Virus record (IMG/VR): IMGVR_UViG_3300029288_000008
Location: 1 to 64,000 of that record
Origin: a virus
Lineage: Duplodnaviria; Caudoviricetes
Length of the DNA stretch: 64,000 nt
Direction: 5' to 3' (one strand)
The translations under genes and the position numbers were made by a program. Below, in pieces: positions 17,609 to 27,816 of the stretch. The first letter of the stretch is position 1; each line of letters begins with the position of its first letter. The notes beneath the pieces are model-generated. The model saw nothing but the letters and a program-made list of their open reading frames with translations. It was not told the origin of the DNA and did no database searches.

Positions 17609-18199
17609 TTATACCCTCGCTAAAGTTACTTCTTCATTTTGATCTTGATACTTGCGCCCATCGTATGTAATCGAAGTTTCTTCACCTTCAAAGAACAGCG
17701 CTTGACAAATTCCTTCATTCGCATAAATCATAGCATCGGCGTCTGAGGCATTGCTAATTTCTATGGTAAGGTGTCCTCTCCAACCAGCCTCACCGGGCGT
17801 CATATTCACAATGATACCACAGCGGGCATAAGTTGACTTACCGATAAACAAAACTTCGATGTTGTTGGGAATTTTAATCCGTTCTAAGGATACTCCTAAG
17901 CCGTAGGTATGATGGGGAAGGATAAAGTATTCACCATAACCGTCAAAGTTAATATCAGCATTGTATAGAAACTTAGGATGAAATGATTTTGGGTTTAATA
18001 GTTGTCCGGGAACGTGTTTGAATACCTTGAATTCTTTCTTAGATAGCCGGATGTCGTAACCGAATCCACCCAGTCCATAAGAAACCATAGGTATATCATA
18101 GATACTTCCCTTTCCATCTGACCTTACCTGATTCTCAACAAACGGTGTAATCATACCGTTCTTAGCCTGCTCAATAATCCATTGCGCGTTCTTAATCAT
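17609..18199 (-). CDS. dcd: dCTP deaminase
   Basis: SYGL...GYDIRL, GKSTYARCG, GWRGHLTIEI, EGICQ, KYQ. Confidence 0.93.
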   Translation of the reverse strand: MIKNAQWIIEQAKNGMITPFVENQVRSDGKGSIYDIPMVSYGLGGFGYDIRLSKKEFKVFKHVPGQLLNPKSFHPKFLYNADINFDGYGEYFILPHHTYGLGVSLERIKIPNNIEVLFIGKSTYARCGIIVNMTPGEAGWRGHLTIEISNASDADAMIYANEGICQALFFEGEETSITYDGRKYQDQNEEVTLARV

Positions 18200-18368
18200 T
18201 TGTTTTCAATTCTCCTTTATACGTTTTGTTGTACCATTCAATCATAAGCTCAAACTCCTGTGGTGTTACTATGATTGACTTTGAAAAAGACCTATCGTAA
18301 TTACACCTTAGAATTATGTGAATGACAGAATCGGCGATAGGTGCTGTAGTGATTATACCACAGCCTGA

Positions 18369-20009
18369 TTATTCTTCAACAAAGTACAGTTCTGATTTGC
18401 TGCGAGTAAAGGCAACGTATTTAATGTTTAGCTCTTGTTGTAATGCTTCAGGATTGCCGGATTTTAACGCCATCGGATGTGGCATAAGTTCAGGATGTAG
18501 AATGAATACCCGTTCGGCTTCTGCCCCTTTCGACTTGTGTATACTACTAAACACAACACCCTGTTGACTATCGCTAAATACGTTGTCAATACGTTCCTTC
18601 AATTCTGAAATGGTGTTACAACCGTCCGATAAGGCGAATACGGTTTCTACGGAATCTTGAAGGTGTTGCGCCTTAGCTTCTTTATTCTGTGCTAAAAGTT
18701 TCCCGGTTTCTTCTTGCAGATATTCGGAAAGGGCATAACTAAGTTGCGCCAAATTTCCGATACTGTTTCTCTTTTCTGTTTTTTCGATAAGGTCAATCAA
18801 GCCCTTGCCAATATCCCGACCAAGAATAACCGCTTTAATACCGTTTCTAATCAGTTCAAAAGCCGGTGAAACTAAGGGGGCATTTGTACGACAAATAACC
18901 AAGTTGCCAACCTTAACTTTACTGAGAAGGTCACGTTCTTTAATCGTTTCAATAATTCCCTCTTTTGCTGTTTCGCTTGCTTCGATCTGAGGAACTAGAT
19001 TCTGGGCAAGTTCAATGTGCAGTTTTGGACAACGATATGAAATTGAGAGGGGAAGTGTTACCGCGTTCAATTTTTCGGTAAGATAAGGAATAGCGTTAGT
19101 GTCTGCTCCTCTGAACATATAGATACTTTGTTTCCTGTCCCCAACTGCCACTACCCGGCTATTTTCGTGAATAGAGCGTAAAACCATTTCGGTTTGTGAG
19201 GCGTTCAAATCTTGCGATTCATCCACAAAAAGCCAATCGAATTTCTGGCATTCAACTTTACCGATTGCACAGAAATAAATCATATCATCGTAATCTATAC
19301 GCCAGGTTTCAGAGTTGCTTTTCTCAAAAGCAATCTTTACCATTTGATAGATTTGTTGCCAGTCTCCATTTACTTCGATGTTGTAATTATCGGCAATCCA
19401 AGTTAAGTTGTCGTTTGTCGGCTCTAACAGCGTTGCTTTCAACATAGAGATAAGCCGGATAACCGCGCTCATATTAGTTTCAATGATGTTCTGAAAGTAG
19501 GGCGTCATATTTTCAAGTTCATCCTGAATAATCCAACGAACTTTACCGGCATCTACTTTAACTTTCGAGTATACCTTGCGGATGTTGGAAAAACCGAGAG
19601 AATGTAAAGTTGATACGTGAACGTGTTTAGGGGCGCGCTCTTTCAGTTCATCCGCTATCTTTTTGTTGAAAGCTAAGAAAGCAACTTCTGAATCTTTCGG
19701 AGTGAATTCAAGCGCCTTAATGATCGTGGTTGACTTACCAGAACCGGCTACGGCTTCAACTACCGCATTGCCCGTTCCGTTCTGTACAAAGTCAAAGATT
19801 GCCTGTTGATACCGGCTAGGAGTAAAAGCTTTTTCAACTTTGGGAGTTTCCAAAATTTCTTCAAGAAGTTCTTCTACATCGCTTTCAACAACTGGTAATG
19901 AGTTCATAGTGTGTTTACATCGCGGGTAATTTGAACAACCGTAGAACCGGCCATACTTACCTTTTCGCTCTACCATAATCCCATCGCATTTTGGGCAATT
20001 CGTTGACAT
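18369..20009 (-). CDS. UvrD/Rep-like SF1 helicase with N-terminal topoisomerase-type C4 zinc finger
   Basis: CPKCDG.MV.RKG..G.FYGCS.YP.C; AVAGSGKS, VDESQD, GD.KQSIY.FRGA, SIHKSKGAE, YVAFTR. Confidence 0.88.
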   Translation of the reverse strand: MSTNCPKCDGIMVERKGKYGRFYGCSNYPRCKHTMNSLPVVESDVEELLEEILETPKVEKAFTPSRYQQAIFDFVQNGTGNAVVEAVAGSGKSTTIIKALEFTPKDSEVAFLAFNKKIADELKERAPKHVHVSTLHSLGFSNIRKVYSKVKVDAGKVRWIIQDELENMTPYFQNIIETNMSAVIRLISMLKATLLEPTNDNLTWIADNYNIEVNGDWQQIYQMVKIAFEKSNSETWRIDYDDMIYFCAIGKVECQKFDWLFVDESQDLNASQTEMVLRSIHENSRVVAVGDRKQSIYMFRGADTNAIPYLTEKLNAVTLPLSISYRCPKLHIELAQNLVPQIEASETAKEGIIETIKERDLLSKVKVGNLVICRTNAPLVSPAFELIRNGIKAVILGRDIGKGLIDLIEKTEKRNSIGNLAQLSYALSEYLQEETGKLLAQNKEAKAQHLQDSVETVFALSDGCNTISELKERIDNVFSDSQQGVVFSSIHKSKGAEAERVFILHPELMPHPMALKSGNPEALQQELNIKYVAFTRSKSELYFVEE

Positions 20010-20124
20010 TGTAACATCTCCTTTGTTTATAAGATGTATTCATTATACAGTAAAAGACGTATTTTGTCAATAAGGAAAAGTCGGTGAACTTTAACTTTCA
20101 CCGACTTGTTGTTTGTACTGTTTC

Positions 20125-20538
20125 TTATTTCTCCTTAGTCCTCATAACTCCCCACATAAGTTCCTGGGGATTGTCAAAATTGTAAATATGGAATACCGTT
20201 CCGCCGATCCTGGAAAGTCTAACCGCATCTTCTCTGTTAACCGTCCAGGTGACGTTGTATCCCTGTTCTTTTGCTGCGATCATTACAGCGGTTAGGGAAT
20301 GATACGTGATATTCTTTGCATAAGTCGGTTTAACCGTTTGGTTATTTACCACTAATAAAAGTTCTGTGGACATTACACCACGACTTCGGCGGATGATAAC
20401 TTGGTACTGTTTACCTTCGCTACCAGGTACTAATACCGATTTAACCTTGCCATCGGTATCATACTGGCTCACTTTTGCAAAGTTAATAGCGGCCTTTGCT
20501 TTCTCTACTCTATCGGGCAAGTTTGTTTTATTGCACAT
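20125..20538 (-). CDS. hypothetical protein
   Basis: RBS AAAGGAG; own promoter TTGACA...TATAAT near 20575-20601. Confidence 0.65.
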   Translation of the reverse strand: MCNKTNLPDRVEKAKAAINFAKVSQYDTDGKVKSVLVPGSEGKQYQVIIRRSRGVMSTELLLVVNNQTVKPTYAKNITYHSLTAVMIAAKEQGYNVTWTVNREDAVRLSRIGGTVFHIYNFDNPQELMWGVMRTKEK

Positions 20539-20645
20539 AGTTAAATCTCCTTTGTCGCTTGTCTCTACCTCTTATTATAGTCAAAATGCGTATTCTGTCA
20601 ATAGGCAAAATACGCATTTTATAATTTTGGTAAGTCTTATCTTCT

Positions 20646-20948
20646 TTATTCGATGGTGTCTAATATCCGCTTTGCCGTCTCTTCTAGGTTCTGTGCAATC
20701 TCATAATGAGCAATGTCGTTATAGTCTAACACCTTGAGAATTGAACCGGTAGCTAATTGTGGATTGTCGAAAATACCGATCATAGCCTTTAGGGCGACTT
20801 CACAGAATGCGGATAGATTGCCGCCGCCTCTACCCGGTTTAATACCGTAGCGTTCTAATAACTCTACCGTCTCAGTAGAGAGGGACAGGGTAAATGATTT
20901 TAATTCGGTTTCTTCACGTCTTAAACTGTCAACTTTAGGATTAGTCAT
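20646..20948 (-). CDS. hypothetical protein, possible ribbon-helix-helix regulator
   Basis: FTLSLS.E..ELL...NLSAFCE pattern. Confidence 0.4.
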   Translation of the reverse strand: MTNPKVDSLRREETELKSFTLSLSTETVELLERYGIKPGRGGGNLSAFCEVALKAMIGIFDNPQLATGSILKVLDYNDIAHYEIAQNLEETAKRILDTIE

Positions 20949-21358
20949 TTTTTACCTCTAAATTTTAATATAAGTTCTGGATTCTCATAAATGTTGCCGA
21001 TTACGCTACACTGTCTATATGCCAAATATAGTTCTATACTGTTGTTTACATCAAAGCATCCTTCGTTAAACGCTACCATGCCTTTTGATGTGTATCCATC
21101 GTCTTCACTTTCGTATTCTACAATATCCCCTTCGTATATCTCTTTTCCTGTTGAGTCTTTTAGGCCGGTGTATTGCATAAGTTCAAATCTGTTTTGTTGT
21201 GTGTTAACGTCAAAATCATAAAAGTTATACGTTTCACCGCCGCCTAACATATATGATTCCTCAACAAGAATTCTACCACAATCGCTATCATAAAAACCAA
21301 CACTGGGTATCATTTTCTTTTCTTTTCTATCATACGCTCTAAACTTAATTTCACGCAT
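20945..21358 (-). CDS. YopX family protein
   Basis: MREIKFRA...MQYTGLKD..GKEIYEGDI...IGNIYENPEL. Confidence 0.9.
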   Translation of the reverse strand: MREIKFRAYDRKEKKMIPSVGFYDSDCGRILVEESYMLGGGETYNFYDFDVNTQQNRFELMQYTGLKDSTGKEIYEGDIVEYESEDDGYTSKGMVAFNEGCFDVNNSIELYLAYRQCSVIGNIYENPELILKFRGKK

Positions 21359-21361
21359 ATT

Positions 21362-22183
21362 TCAATTTCTCCATTCAATTATGTCTGTCAGTTTTGGAAA
21401 GTCAAAGTCTGGACTTTCATAAGTGTATTTTTCCTTCAATCCTTCAAGGGCTTTTTGTGCATTGTCGTATTGTTTCACTTCGTTTTTGTGTGTGCGTAAA
21501 TGGGCATTATATGCTCGCTCATTTTGCAATTCTTTTCCACACCAACAATGTAGAGCTTTTTTGACTTCTACCGGTTTCATAGGCTTTGTATCTTGTAAGG
21601 TTATGCCAAGGCTTTCTTCAAGCATTCTTTTTCTAGCCTGGTCATCTTGCCATTCTTTTTTGCGCCCAATCCAATAGATCATTCGCATATCAAATTGACC
21701 GATGGAACTTCCTAACTCAATTACTCCTGTATATACATCTGAAACAGCAACTAATACTAATGGCAATACTAGCCATTCTGCCAATACTTGTTGCCAACTG
21801 GTAAAGTTGTTAGGACGGGTAGAAGCTGCAATGAACATTGCCAGTGTAGTTGATAGCCAACTTACAATTAACCCTGTCCAATCCCAACCGGTAACATTAT
21901 CCCAATCTGCACGAAATCTTGTATTGTGTTTTATGTATCTACTGAAAATAAAAGTTGTATTACTAACACTGCCAACCTCGCCACCGAACGCCATAAAAAT
22001 TGCACTGATAATACTAACCCATATTCTATAATTGTCAGGTAAACTTTCAAACTGTGCAAATACCAATGCTTCAATACTCATTAGAAAAAGGCCAATCGCA
22101 CTGGCAATTACTGGAATTAAAATTGCAACTGTTTGAAAGTCCCACAACTTAGGCTTAGGTAGCCAGAATTCTTCTTTGTCCAT
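21362..22183 (-). CDS. multi-TM membrane protein with C-terminal C2H2 zinc finger
   Basis: About four hydrophobic helices; CWCGK...HLRTH. Confidence 0.65.
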   Translation of the reverse strand: MDKEEFWLPKPKLWDFQTVAILIPVIASAIGLFLMSIEALVFAQFESLPDNYRIWVSIISAIFMAFGGEVGSVSNTTFIFSRYIKHNTRFRADWDNVTGWDWTGLIVSWLSTTLAMFIAASTRPNNFTSWQQVLAEWLVLPLVLVAVSDVYTGVIELGSSIGQFDMRMIYWIGRKKEWQDDQARKRMLEESLGITLQDTKPMKPVEVKKALHCWCGKELQNERAYNAHLRTHKNEVKQYDNAQKALEGLKEKYTYESPDFDFPKLTDIIEWRN

Positions 22184-22331
22184 AATCTCTCCGTTTTACA
22201 GGTATCAATATACCACCCACGTCTTTTCACGCCTAGACACCTTCTAAAATGACTGCGTAATACTCATTGTCATTTGTACCACGGTTTTGCAATATTTTTA
22301 TACCATACTGGTAGTGTGTCTACCGCTGTAA

Positions 22332-22447
22332 ACCACTATATATAGTGGTATTCAAGCTATATTGCGCTATCATCGGTTTATGAAATGTTGTGTGTGATAC
22401 CACTAGATATAGTGTTGATACCGTCTATATACACTATATCTAGTGGT
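22332..22447. promoter_or_regulatory. three palindromic operator-like sites
   Basis: ACCACTATATATAGTGGT (22332-22349) and the exact inverted pair ACCACTAGATATAGTGT (22399-22415) / ACACTATATCTAGTGGT (22431-22447). Confidence 0.6.
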
Positions 22448-22452
22448 GTTGA

Positions 22453-23469
22453 CTACTGACCTTGTGAGAAGCACTTTACCACTTCTGTTAGTGGCATCGA
22501 AAGGATACTTGCAATTTCTGTTAGCGATTTTCCTTCTGACTGCAATTCAATCGCCTTTGCTTTATTCTCTTCTGCTAACAAAAACTGCTCTTCTGCTTCG
22601 GCTTGCTTTTGTTCTTTGAGCGCATATAACCACGCAAGTCTTTGATCTTGTGTCAAAGTTCCTTGCACAATAGACATTTCAAAATCGTCTGGAGTTTCAT
22701 CTTTTGTTGGTTTGCGATTTCCAATAGGATTTGCAATGTATCTTTCAATGCTATCCCACAGCGATCTTTCAAAGTTTTCTTGTGTGCTAATCGGAGTGAT
22801 TTTTGTCGGTAAAAGTTGAATTGTACGCAACCCTCTATCGGTCATCATATTCTTTTCGATGTTCTTTAGAACAAGCGCAATCGGAGTTGAACTTGCAGGA
22901 TTGCGTCGTAACCACAAACGCAAATTGCACACACTATCTACCGCTTTGGATACAGCAGGGATTTCTTTACCGGTAGCAGCATTGTTCAAATATTGATTTT
23001 TAAGGTGTGAAATCAAAATAACCAGAGGCACTTTAGTTTGCAGTCTGTGGATAAGTTCTGCCTCATAATTTCGTGCTTCCTTGTATTCTTCACCGGCTTT
23101 AATTTTTCCCATAGCGGCCCAACTGTCTCTAAAAAGGCTGTTGTGAGTTTGAACATAGTTTGCACAAGTCTCTGCAAAACCTGTCCACGTATCCCAAACC
23201 AAAACGTCATATTTATTTGCTTCAATACTGTCTATAATCTCAAGTCCTTTTTCGTGTCTTTCAATCGGCTTTAATCGTTTGTCACCGATAAAGTCAATGT
23301 ACTTTCCAAATTCAATACCATCTTCAATAATTCTTTGAACGGTAGAGCGGCCCTTTTGATCATCGTCAATAAACAGTGTTCTTTCTGGATTGCCCGCTTC
23401 CAAAGCAAAGCGGGTTTTTCCGACACCATGCTCTCCCGTTATCAATACAACACCTGTAAGTAAAGTCAT
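22453..23469 (-). CDS. AAA_24-like P-loop ATPase (Sak4-like recombination candidate) with C-terminal HTH
   Basis: ITGEHGVGKT, LVWDTW, LISH. Confidence 0.7.
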   Translation of the reverse strand: MTLLTGVVLITGEHGVGKTRFALEAGNPERTLFIDDDQKGRSTVQRIIEDGIEFGKYIDFIGDKRLKPIERHEKGLEIIDSIEANKYDVLVWDTWTGFAETCANYVQTHNSLFRDSWAAMGKIKAGEEYKEARNYEAELIHRLQTKVPLVILISHLKNQYLNNAATGKEIPAVSKAVDSVCNLRLWLRRNPASSTPIALVLKNIEKNMMTDRGLRTIQLLPTKITPISTQENFERSLWDSIERYIANPIGNRKPTKDETPDDFEMSIVQGTLTQDQRLAWLYALKEQKQAEAEEQFLLAEENKAKAIELQSEGKSLTEIASILSMPLTEVVKCFSQGQ

Positions 23470-23675
23470 TCTGTTTTGTCTCCTTTATATCTACTTATAA
23501 CTATATCTGGATTACAATTACAAAAACCTCCGGTGTATACATCACACCAATCATCGTGAAAAATGTCATACATACTTAATCCAACATCGCATTTTATCTT
23601 ACCAGTTTTTATCATATTTAACATCTTATTTTTGTAATTATGCTCAGTTGTTGAAGGATTTTTATAAGCAGTCAT
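23466..23675 (-). CDS. small hypothetical protein
   Basis: HDDWC.....C.C.PD motif; overlapping start/stop. Confidence 0.6.
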   Translation of the reverse strand: MTAYKNPSTTEHNYKNKMLNMIKTGKIKCDVGLSMYDIFHDDWCDVYTGGFCNCNPDIVISRYKGDKTE

Positions 23676-24631
23676 TATTCTTCATTCTCCTTTTGAACTG
23701 TAAAATTTCCATTACTAATAAAAATGTATTCACCATCGGCTAAACCGACATACTCTCTAGCGTTGCCAATTAAACCTTTACCGATTCCTTTACAGTGGTT
23801 AGCTGTTTCCAACGATGTCGCATAAACCAACAACTCTAATAACGTTGGGTGTCTGGGAACTCCTAAGCACTGTTTGGCATAATTATACAACGAATTCACT
23901 TTGCCGACTCCCCACCCTGGAATTGATACCATAGACAGACGTGCGTCTTGTACCGGTATCATAAGTTGTAACGGGTCATCTAATTCAGGTAAATCAGGGG
24001 GATAATAAACCGTGGGTACTATCCATTGAACGTTTTTCCGCTTGTATTTCAACAGTTGTGACTCTTGCAATTTTACCCATTCTAAAATATCGTTGTCAGT
24101 TGGTACGAATTCGACAAGAGCGCCCTTGTATTTGATTGCTGAGATTGCGCCCTGAAAACTACTCCAAGTCCATTCGGTTTTGTTGCCATTTAAGGTAAGC
24201 AAGTCGTTTCGTTTGTCGAAAATACCGGTTACTAGAATGATGCGCTGGTATTGTTTTTGTGATACCTGTGTCATTCTGGCAATGGCTTCATTCAATCTAC
24301 TACCCATAGAGGCCACAAAGTCAAGGCCAGACTTCCTTTGTACCAATATCGCGCCTGCAAATAGCCACTTGTGAATAACCGATTCTTGATTATTCATAAG
24401 TTCAATAACGTCCGGTAACGGCAATTCCAGTTCCTTAGAAATGTCCATTAGATTCTTACCGGCTTCTTGAAGTGCAATCGCCTTTTCATAATTTCCCAAT
24501 TCAGGGACAATCATAAAATCGGCACCGGTAATTTTCTCCAAGTTATTGAACGGTTTCCCATAATCCACTACCGATTGTGGTAGATTTGACGTTTCCCTAG
24601 ATTCTGAAATGTCGTAATAGATCATAATCAC
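23675..24631 (-). CDS. ERCC4-like nuclease with inserted HTH and C-terminal HhH
   Basis: GADF...VQRKS..DF..SM..RL, then IPGWG.GK. Confidence 0.65.
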   Translation of the reverse strand: MIMIYYDISESRETSNLPQSVVDYGKPFNNLEKITGADFMIVPELGNYEKAIALQEAGKNLMDISKELELPLPDVIELMNNQESVIHKWLFAGAILVQRKSGLDFVASMGSRLNEAIARMTQVSQKQYQRIILVTGIFDKRNDLLTLNGNKTEWTWSSFQGAISAIKYKGALVEFVPTDNDILEWVKLQESQLLKYKRKNVQWIVPTVYYPPDLPELDDPLQLMIPVQDARLSMVSIPGWGVGKVNSLYNYAKQCLGVPRHPTLLELLVYATSLETANHCKGIGKGLIGNAREYVGLADGEYIFISNGNFTVQKENEE

Positions 24632-24972
24632 TCCAATAATTCTGGATTCTCATAGATGTTGCCAACAACAATAGAAAATTCGTTATAATAATGTAATTCA
24701 CATTTATGGACGTTTAACCAAAAACAACCGTTTCTAAATTCAACAAACGATGTCAACTCAAATCCATAGTCGTAAATATCATTATGGTAATTTGAAGTTA
24801 TAATGTCGCCCTCGTATATTTCTTTCCCCGTTGAATCTTTCAAGCCGGTGTATTGCATAGGAATAATATCTGAACTGATAAACAGGCCATAGACGGTATA
24901 TAAATTACAAATACTTTCAAAGTCTACCATTCTCTTGTTGTCTACCCACGCTCTAAACTTAATTTCACGCAT
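24628..24972 (-). CDS. YopX family protein (paralogue)
   Basis: Same YopX motifs as 20945-21358. Confidence 0.9.
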   Translation of the reverse strand: MREIKFRAWVDNKRMVDFESICNLYTVYGLFISSDIIPMQYTGLKDSTGKEIYEGDIITSNYHNDIYDYGFELTSFVEFRNGCFWLNVHKCELHYYNEFSIVVGNIYENPELLE

Positions 24973-25253
24973 CGTTTTTATCTCCTTTGCTAGTGAATAA
25001 CACGTATTATACCACTATGTCTAAATAATGCAAAAAACCTTCAGCGTATGGAAGGTTTTTGTTTTTATGTGCTATATTTAATTTCTAAAGTTCTTCAAAC
25101 GTAGGAACGTTTTCTAAATCTGCAATGAGCAGTTCCAGTACTGCATTGTATTCAAGTTCGGTCAATTCGCTGTTTACAAATGCTTCAAAGATGTATTCTC
25201 TGATATTGTCCTGCAAGTCTAATACTTTTTCACTTACGCCATTAACCATAGTA

Positions 25254-25964
25254 CTATGCTCCTAAAATTGTCTTAACATCGGCTTCGGTAAGGTTTCCAA
25301 TTGACTTGGCAATAGTCGCAGCATCTTGTTTCAACCCGGCCAGCATCTTAACGGCGCTTACAACATCCTCAGAGAATGACGCTGCTGGTACAACCGGTGT
25401 AGATTCACCCTTACCAGACTTCGTTGCAAGATAATCAGCATATGCCTCTTCACGGCTGTTGTAAACGGCAACAACCTTTGCAGTATTATACTGCGGTTCA
25501 GGTTGTTTCTTTGTCGGCTGTTGTTTCACGTCCAAAACCTTAACGTACTTGCCCTGAAGCGCTTTCAAAGCTGCCGTCGCATCTGTCAACCCCGTAACAC
25601 TTAAAACAGACGGTTCAAAAATCGCTTCCCAATCCGAAAGAATTCTAGTATACTTACCGTCATCGCCTTTCTTATTCCAGGGAGCGGCTTTAACCTGAAT
25701 CCGGCGCGAATACGGCTTTTGCAGTTCTGGATTGAATTCTTGCGTATCTACCATCGCTGTCAACTCCAACATCTTAAACCCAGAGAATGCTTTCCACTCT
25801 TTCGGAGAAACTTCTCTAAAGCTACCGTTGTCGTAAACCTTAGCGACAGTCTTAGAGCTGAATCGGCCAATCTGGGAAAAAGAAGTAGCTTGCTCCAAAA
25901 GTTCTTCAGCATCTTCATACAACTCTGCAAAATCTTCAAAACCAAGTTCAAAATTATCAGTCAT
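25254..25964 (-). CDS. hypothetical protein, possible ssDNA-binding protein
   Basis: Heads the recombination operon; own TTGACA promoter; no decisive motif. Confidence 0.35.
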   Translation of the reverse strand: MTDNFELGFEDFAELYEDAEELLEQATSFSQIGRFSSKTVAKVYDNGSFREVSPKEWKAFSGFKMLELTAMVDTQEFNPELQKPYSRRIQVKAAPWNKKGDDGKYTRILSDWEAIFEPSVLSVTGLTDATAALKALQGKYVKVLDVKQQPTKKQPEPQYNTAKVVAVYNSREEAYADYLATKSGKGESTPVVPAASFSEDVVSAVKMLAGLKQDAATIAKSIGNLTEADVKTILGA

Positions 25965-26154
25965 ACTTTATTTATCTCCTTTAGATTTGTTTTTACTGAC
26001 AAAACATATTTTACCACACTACCTGTTTTTTGTCAACCGGCAACAAAAAGCGCCATACGTTATATACAACATTGCTAAATTGCCAAATTTGACAAACTTT
26101 ATTGAATATGGTATAATATCTAAGTTTGTTATCTTTTATATAGGAGTTATTAGA

Positions 26155-26427
26155 ATGGAGTCGCTAGTTGGATTAAAGGCCATAGATATTGTACAAAAGT
26201 TGGGGGAAAGTGGAAGTTTTCAAATCGGTAGTTACGGAAGACCGATCTGTACAGTTGTACCAGTTGTCACCGATTGTTACCAGTTGGTAAAACTGTTTTA
26301 CAGTATAGGAAGTGGATTAGATTGTAATGATTATACAGTGGTCAGAAAACCGCATAATCAAAGCGATCTGGCAAAGATTTATAGAGAGTTGGAAAAGGAG
26401 TTACAGAATGAGGGAGAAGCTGTTTAG
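26155..26427 (+). CDS. hypothetical protein, N-terminus loosely Phd/YefM-like
   Basis: RBS AGGAG before ATG 26155; GRPICTVVPV. Confidence 0.4.
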   Translation: MESLVGLKAIDIVQKLGESGSFQIGSYGRPICTVVPVVTDCYQLVKLFYSIGSGLDCNDYTVVRKPHNQSDLAKIYRELEKELQNEGEAV

Positions 26428-26749
26428 ATTTTTGGCATTTGTCTTTGTCCCTGTTGTAATTTGCTTGGGTGTTGTAATCTGGTACAAAGTAGCAGAGTTC
26501 AATAGCAATGTGTGGCAATCAAAAGCGATTATAGCGCAGATACAACCGGCGATCATTGAAGCAGAATCGCAAGCAGATATAAATAGAGCGGTTGCTTTCA
26601 GTGTCTATACCAATAGCGCTATAACTGCTTTTTCAGTTGGAATACCATACTTAGTAATCCTATTATTTGCTTTATACAAACTGATTGAATTTGGAGCAAA
26701 GAACTATGAGAAATTACGGATTAGAAGTAGCAATCCCGCAAGCGGTTAA
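26408..26749 (+). CDS. membrane protein
   Basis: Two TM segments; RBS AAGGAG. Confidence 0.6.
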   Translation: MREKLFRFLAFVFVPVVICLGVVIWYKVAEFNSNVWQSKAIIAQIQPAIIEAESQADINRAVAFSVYTNSAITAFSVGIPYLVILLFALYKLIEFGAKNYEKLRIRSSNPASG

Positions 26750-27311
26750 AGATGAGTTTGTATACCGCAGTCGGCAACAAGCATTTAATCATTTGCTTGG
26801 ATGGGGTATTGGATTGCTTTCTATTGCAATTACAGTTGATATAGCCATCTATTTGATAATGGATATGATTGCTTTTCCATTGCTTGAAATTCCTGCAATC
26901 GTTTTTGCACTCTATAAATTCTCAAAAGCATTGGTACAGTATACTAATGAAGATAGAGACATTCTAAACGGTCGCTACTTCTCTTATGATAGCATTATAG
27001 AAGAAGTGGATAGCAAAGAACCGGAAACAACGGATGAGATAACTACGATCATTCCACAAGCAAATGGGAAAGCGCATTTCAATTTGCATATAGGTATGAC
27101 TGCTACGCAATTGAAAAGCATTGCTAACACAATGCTAAGCACTGGCACATTAACTGTAAACTACATCGAAAGTCTAGGAATATCCCGACAGAATGCAGAG
27201 AAGTTAAGAAGCGAACTGGCAACATACCGGTTATTATCCTTTGATGATAAAGGCCGCGTCAAGCTCACTCAAGACGGTATAAAAGTTTGTAAACAGATTA
27301 TAAAAGGCTAG
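26706..27311 (+). CDS. membrane protein with C-terminal winged-helix-like domain
   Basis: Two TM segments; GISRQNAEKLR.EL pattern. Confidence 0.55.
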   Translation: MRNYGLEVAIPQAVKDEFVYRSRQQAFNHLLGWGIGLLSIAITVDIAIYLIMDMIAFPLLEIPAIVFALYKFSKALVQYTNEDRDILNGRYFSYDSIIEEVDSKEPETTDEITTIIPQANGKAHFNLHIGMTATQLKSIANTMLSTGTLTVNYIESLGISRQNAEKLRSELATYRLLSFDDKGRVKLTQDGIKVCKQIIKG

Positions 27312-27499
27312 ATTAGATTCTAGCCTTTTAATTTGTAACGATTACAAACTAGAAAAAGCATTGACAAGAAGCGGTTTTTGTAGTAGAATACTAACATCTG
27401 AGGTTTACCGAATTAGCCAGTATTGCTTAACTTGTTCCGCATAAAAACAGACGGCAAATCTGGCAAGATCAAACTAAAATTAGATAAGGAGACGTTAAT

Positions 27500-27700
27500 A
27501 TGAATACAGATTTCAAAAATGACAATGGTTGCAAGCATCAAATATTTAGTAAAGGTAATAAGTTTGTTAAAGATGGTAGGCTTCTTCAGATTTATGAGGT
27601 TTACCACGATGGTAAAAATTATCTTTATGATATTGATGGAAAGCTTATGACTGCAAGCCAGATTCTTGGAGAATACACACTACTCATTAAAATCGAATAA
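27500..27700 (+). CDS. hypothetical protein
   Basis: RBS AAGGAG; promoter TTGACA 27361, TAGAAT 27384. Confidence 0.6.
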   Translation: MNTDFKNDNGCKHQIFSKGNKFVKDGRLLQIYEVYHDGKNYLYDIDGKLMTASQILGEYTLLIKIE

Positions 27701-27816
27701 AACCACTCCCCCGCTCTCAGAACTGTCTAAAAAACAGCACATACACACAAAACACAACACTAAAATTATAGAAATTAGCCAACTTCGTAAAGTTTGAAGT
27801 TGGCTTTTTTCTTTGT

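Noticed and set aside
20945-24972. Duplicated yopX genes as a DGR template/variable pair
   Set aside because: Differences are synonymous-type and not adenine-specific; no reverse transcriptase in the window
24990-25065. Eighth member of the small-RNA family
   Set aside because: Contains AATAATGCA and a hairpin, but resolves into a terminator plus the yopX promoter, and lacks the CATCCAAGCAA motif
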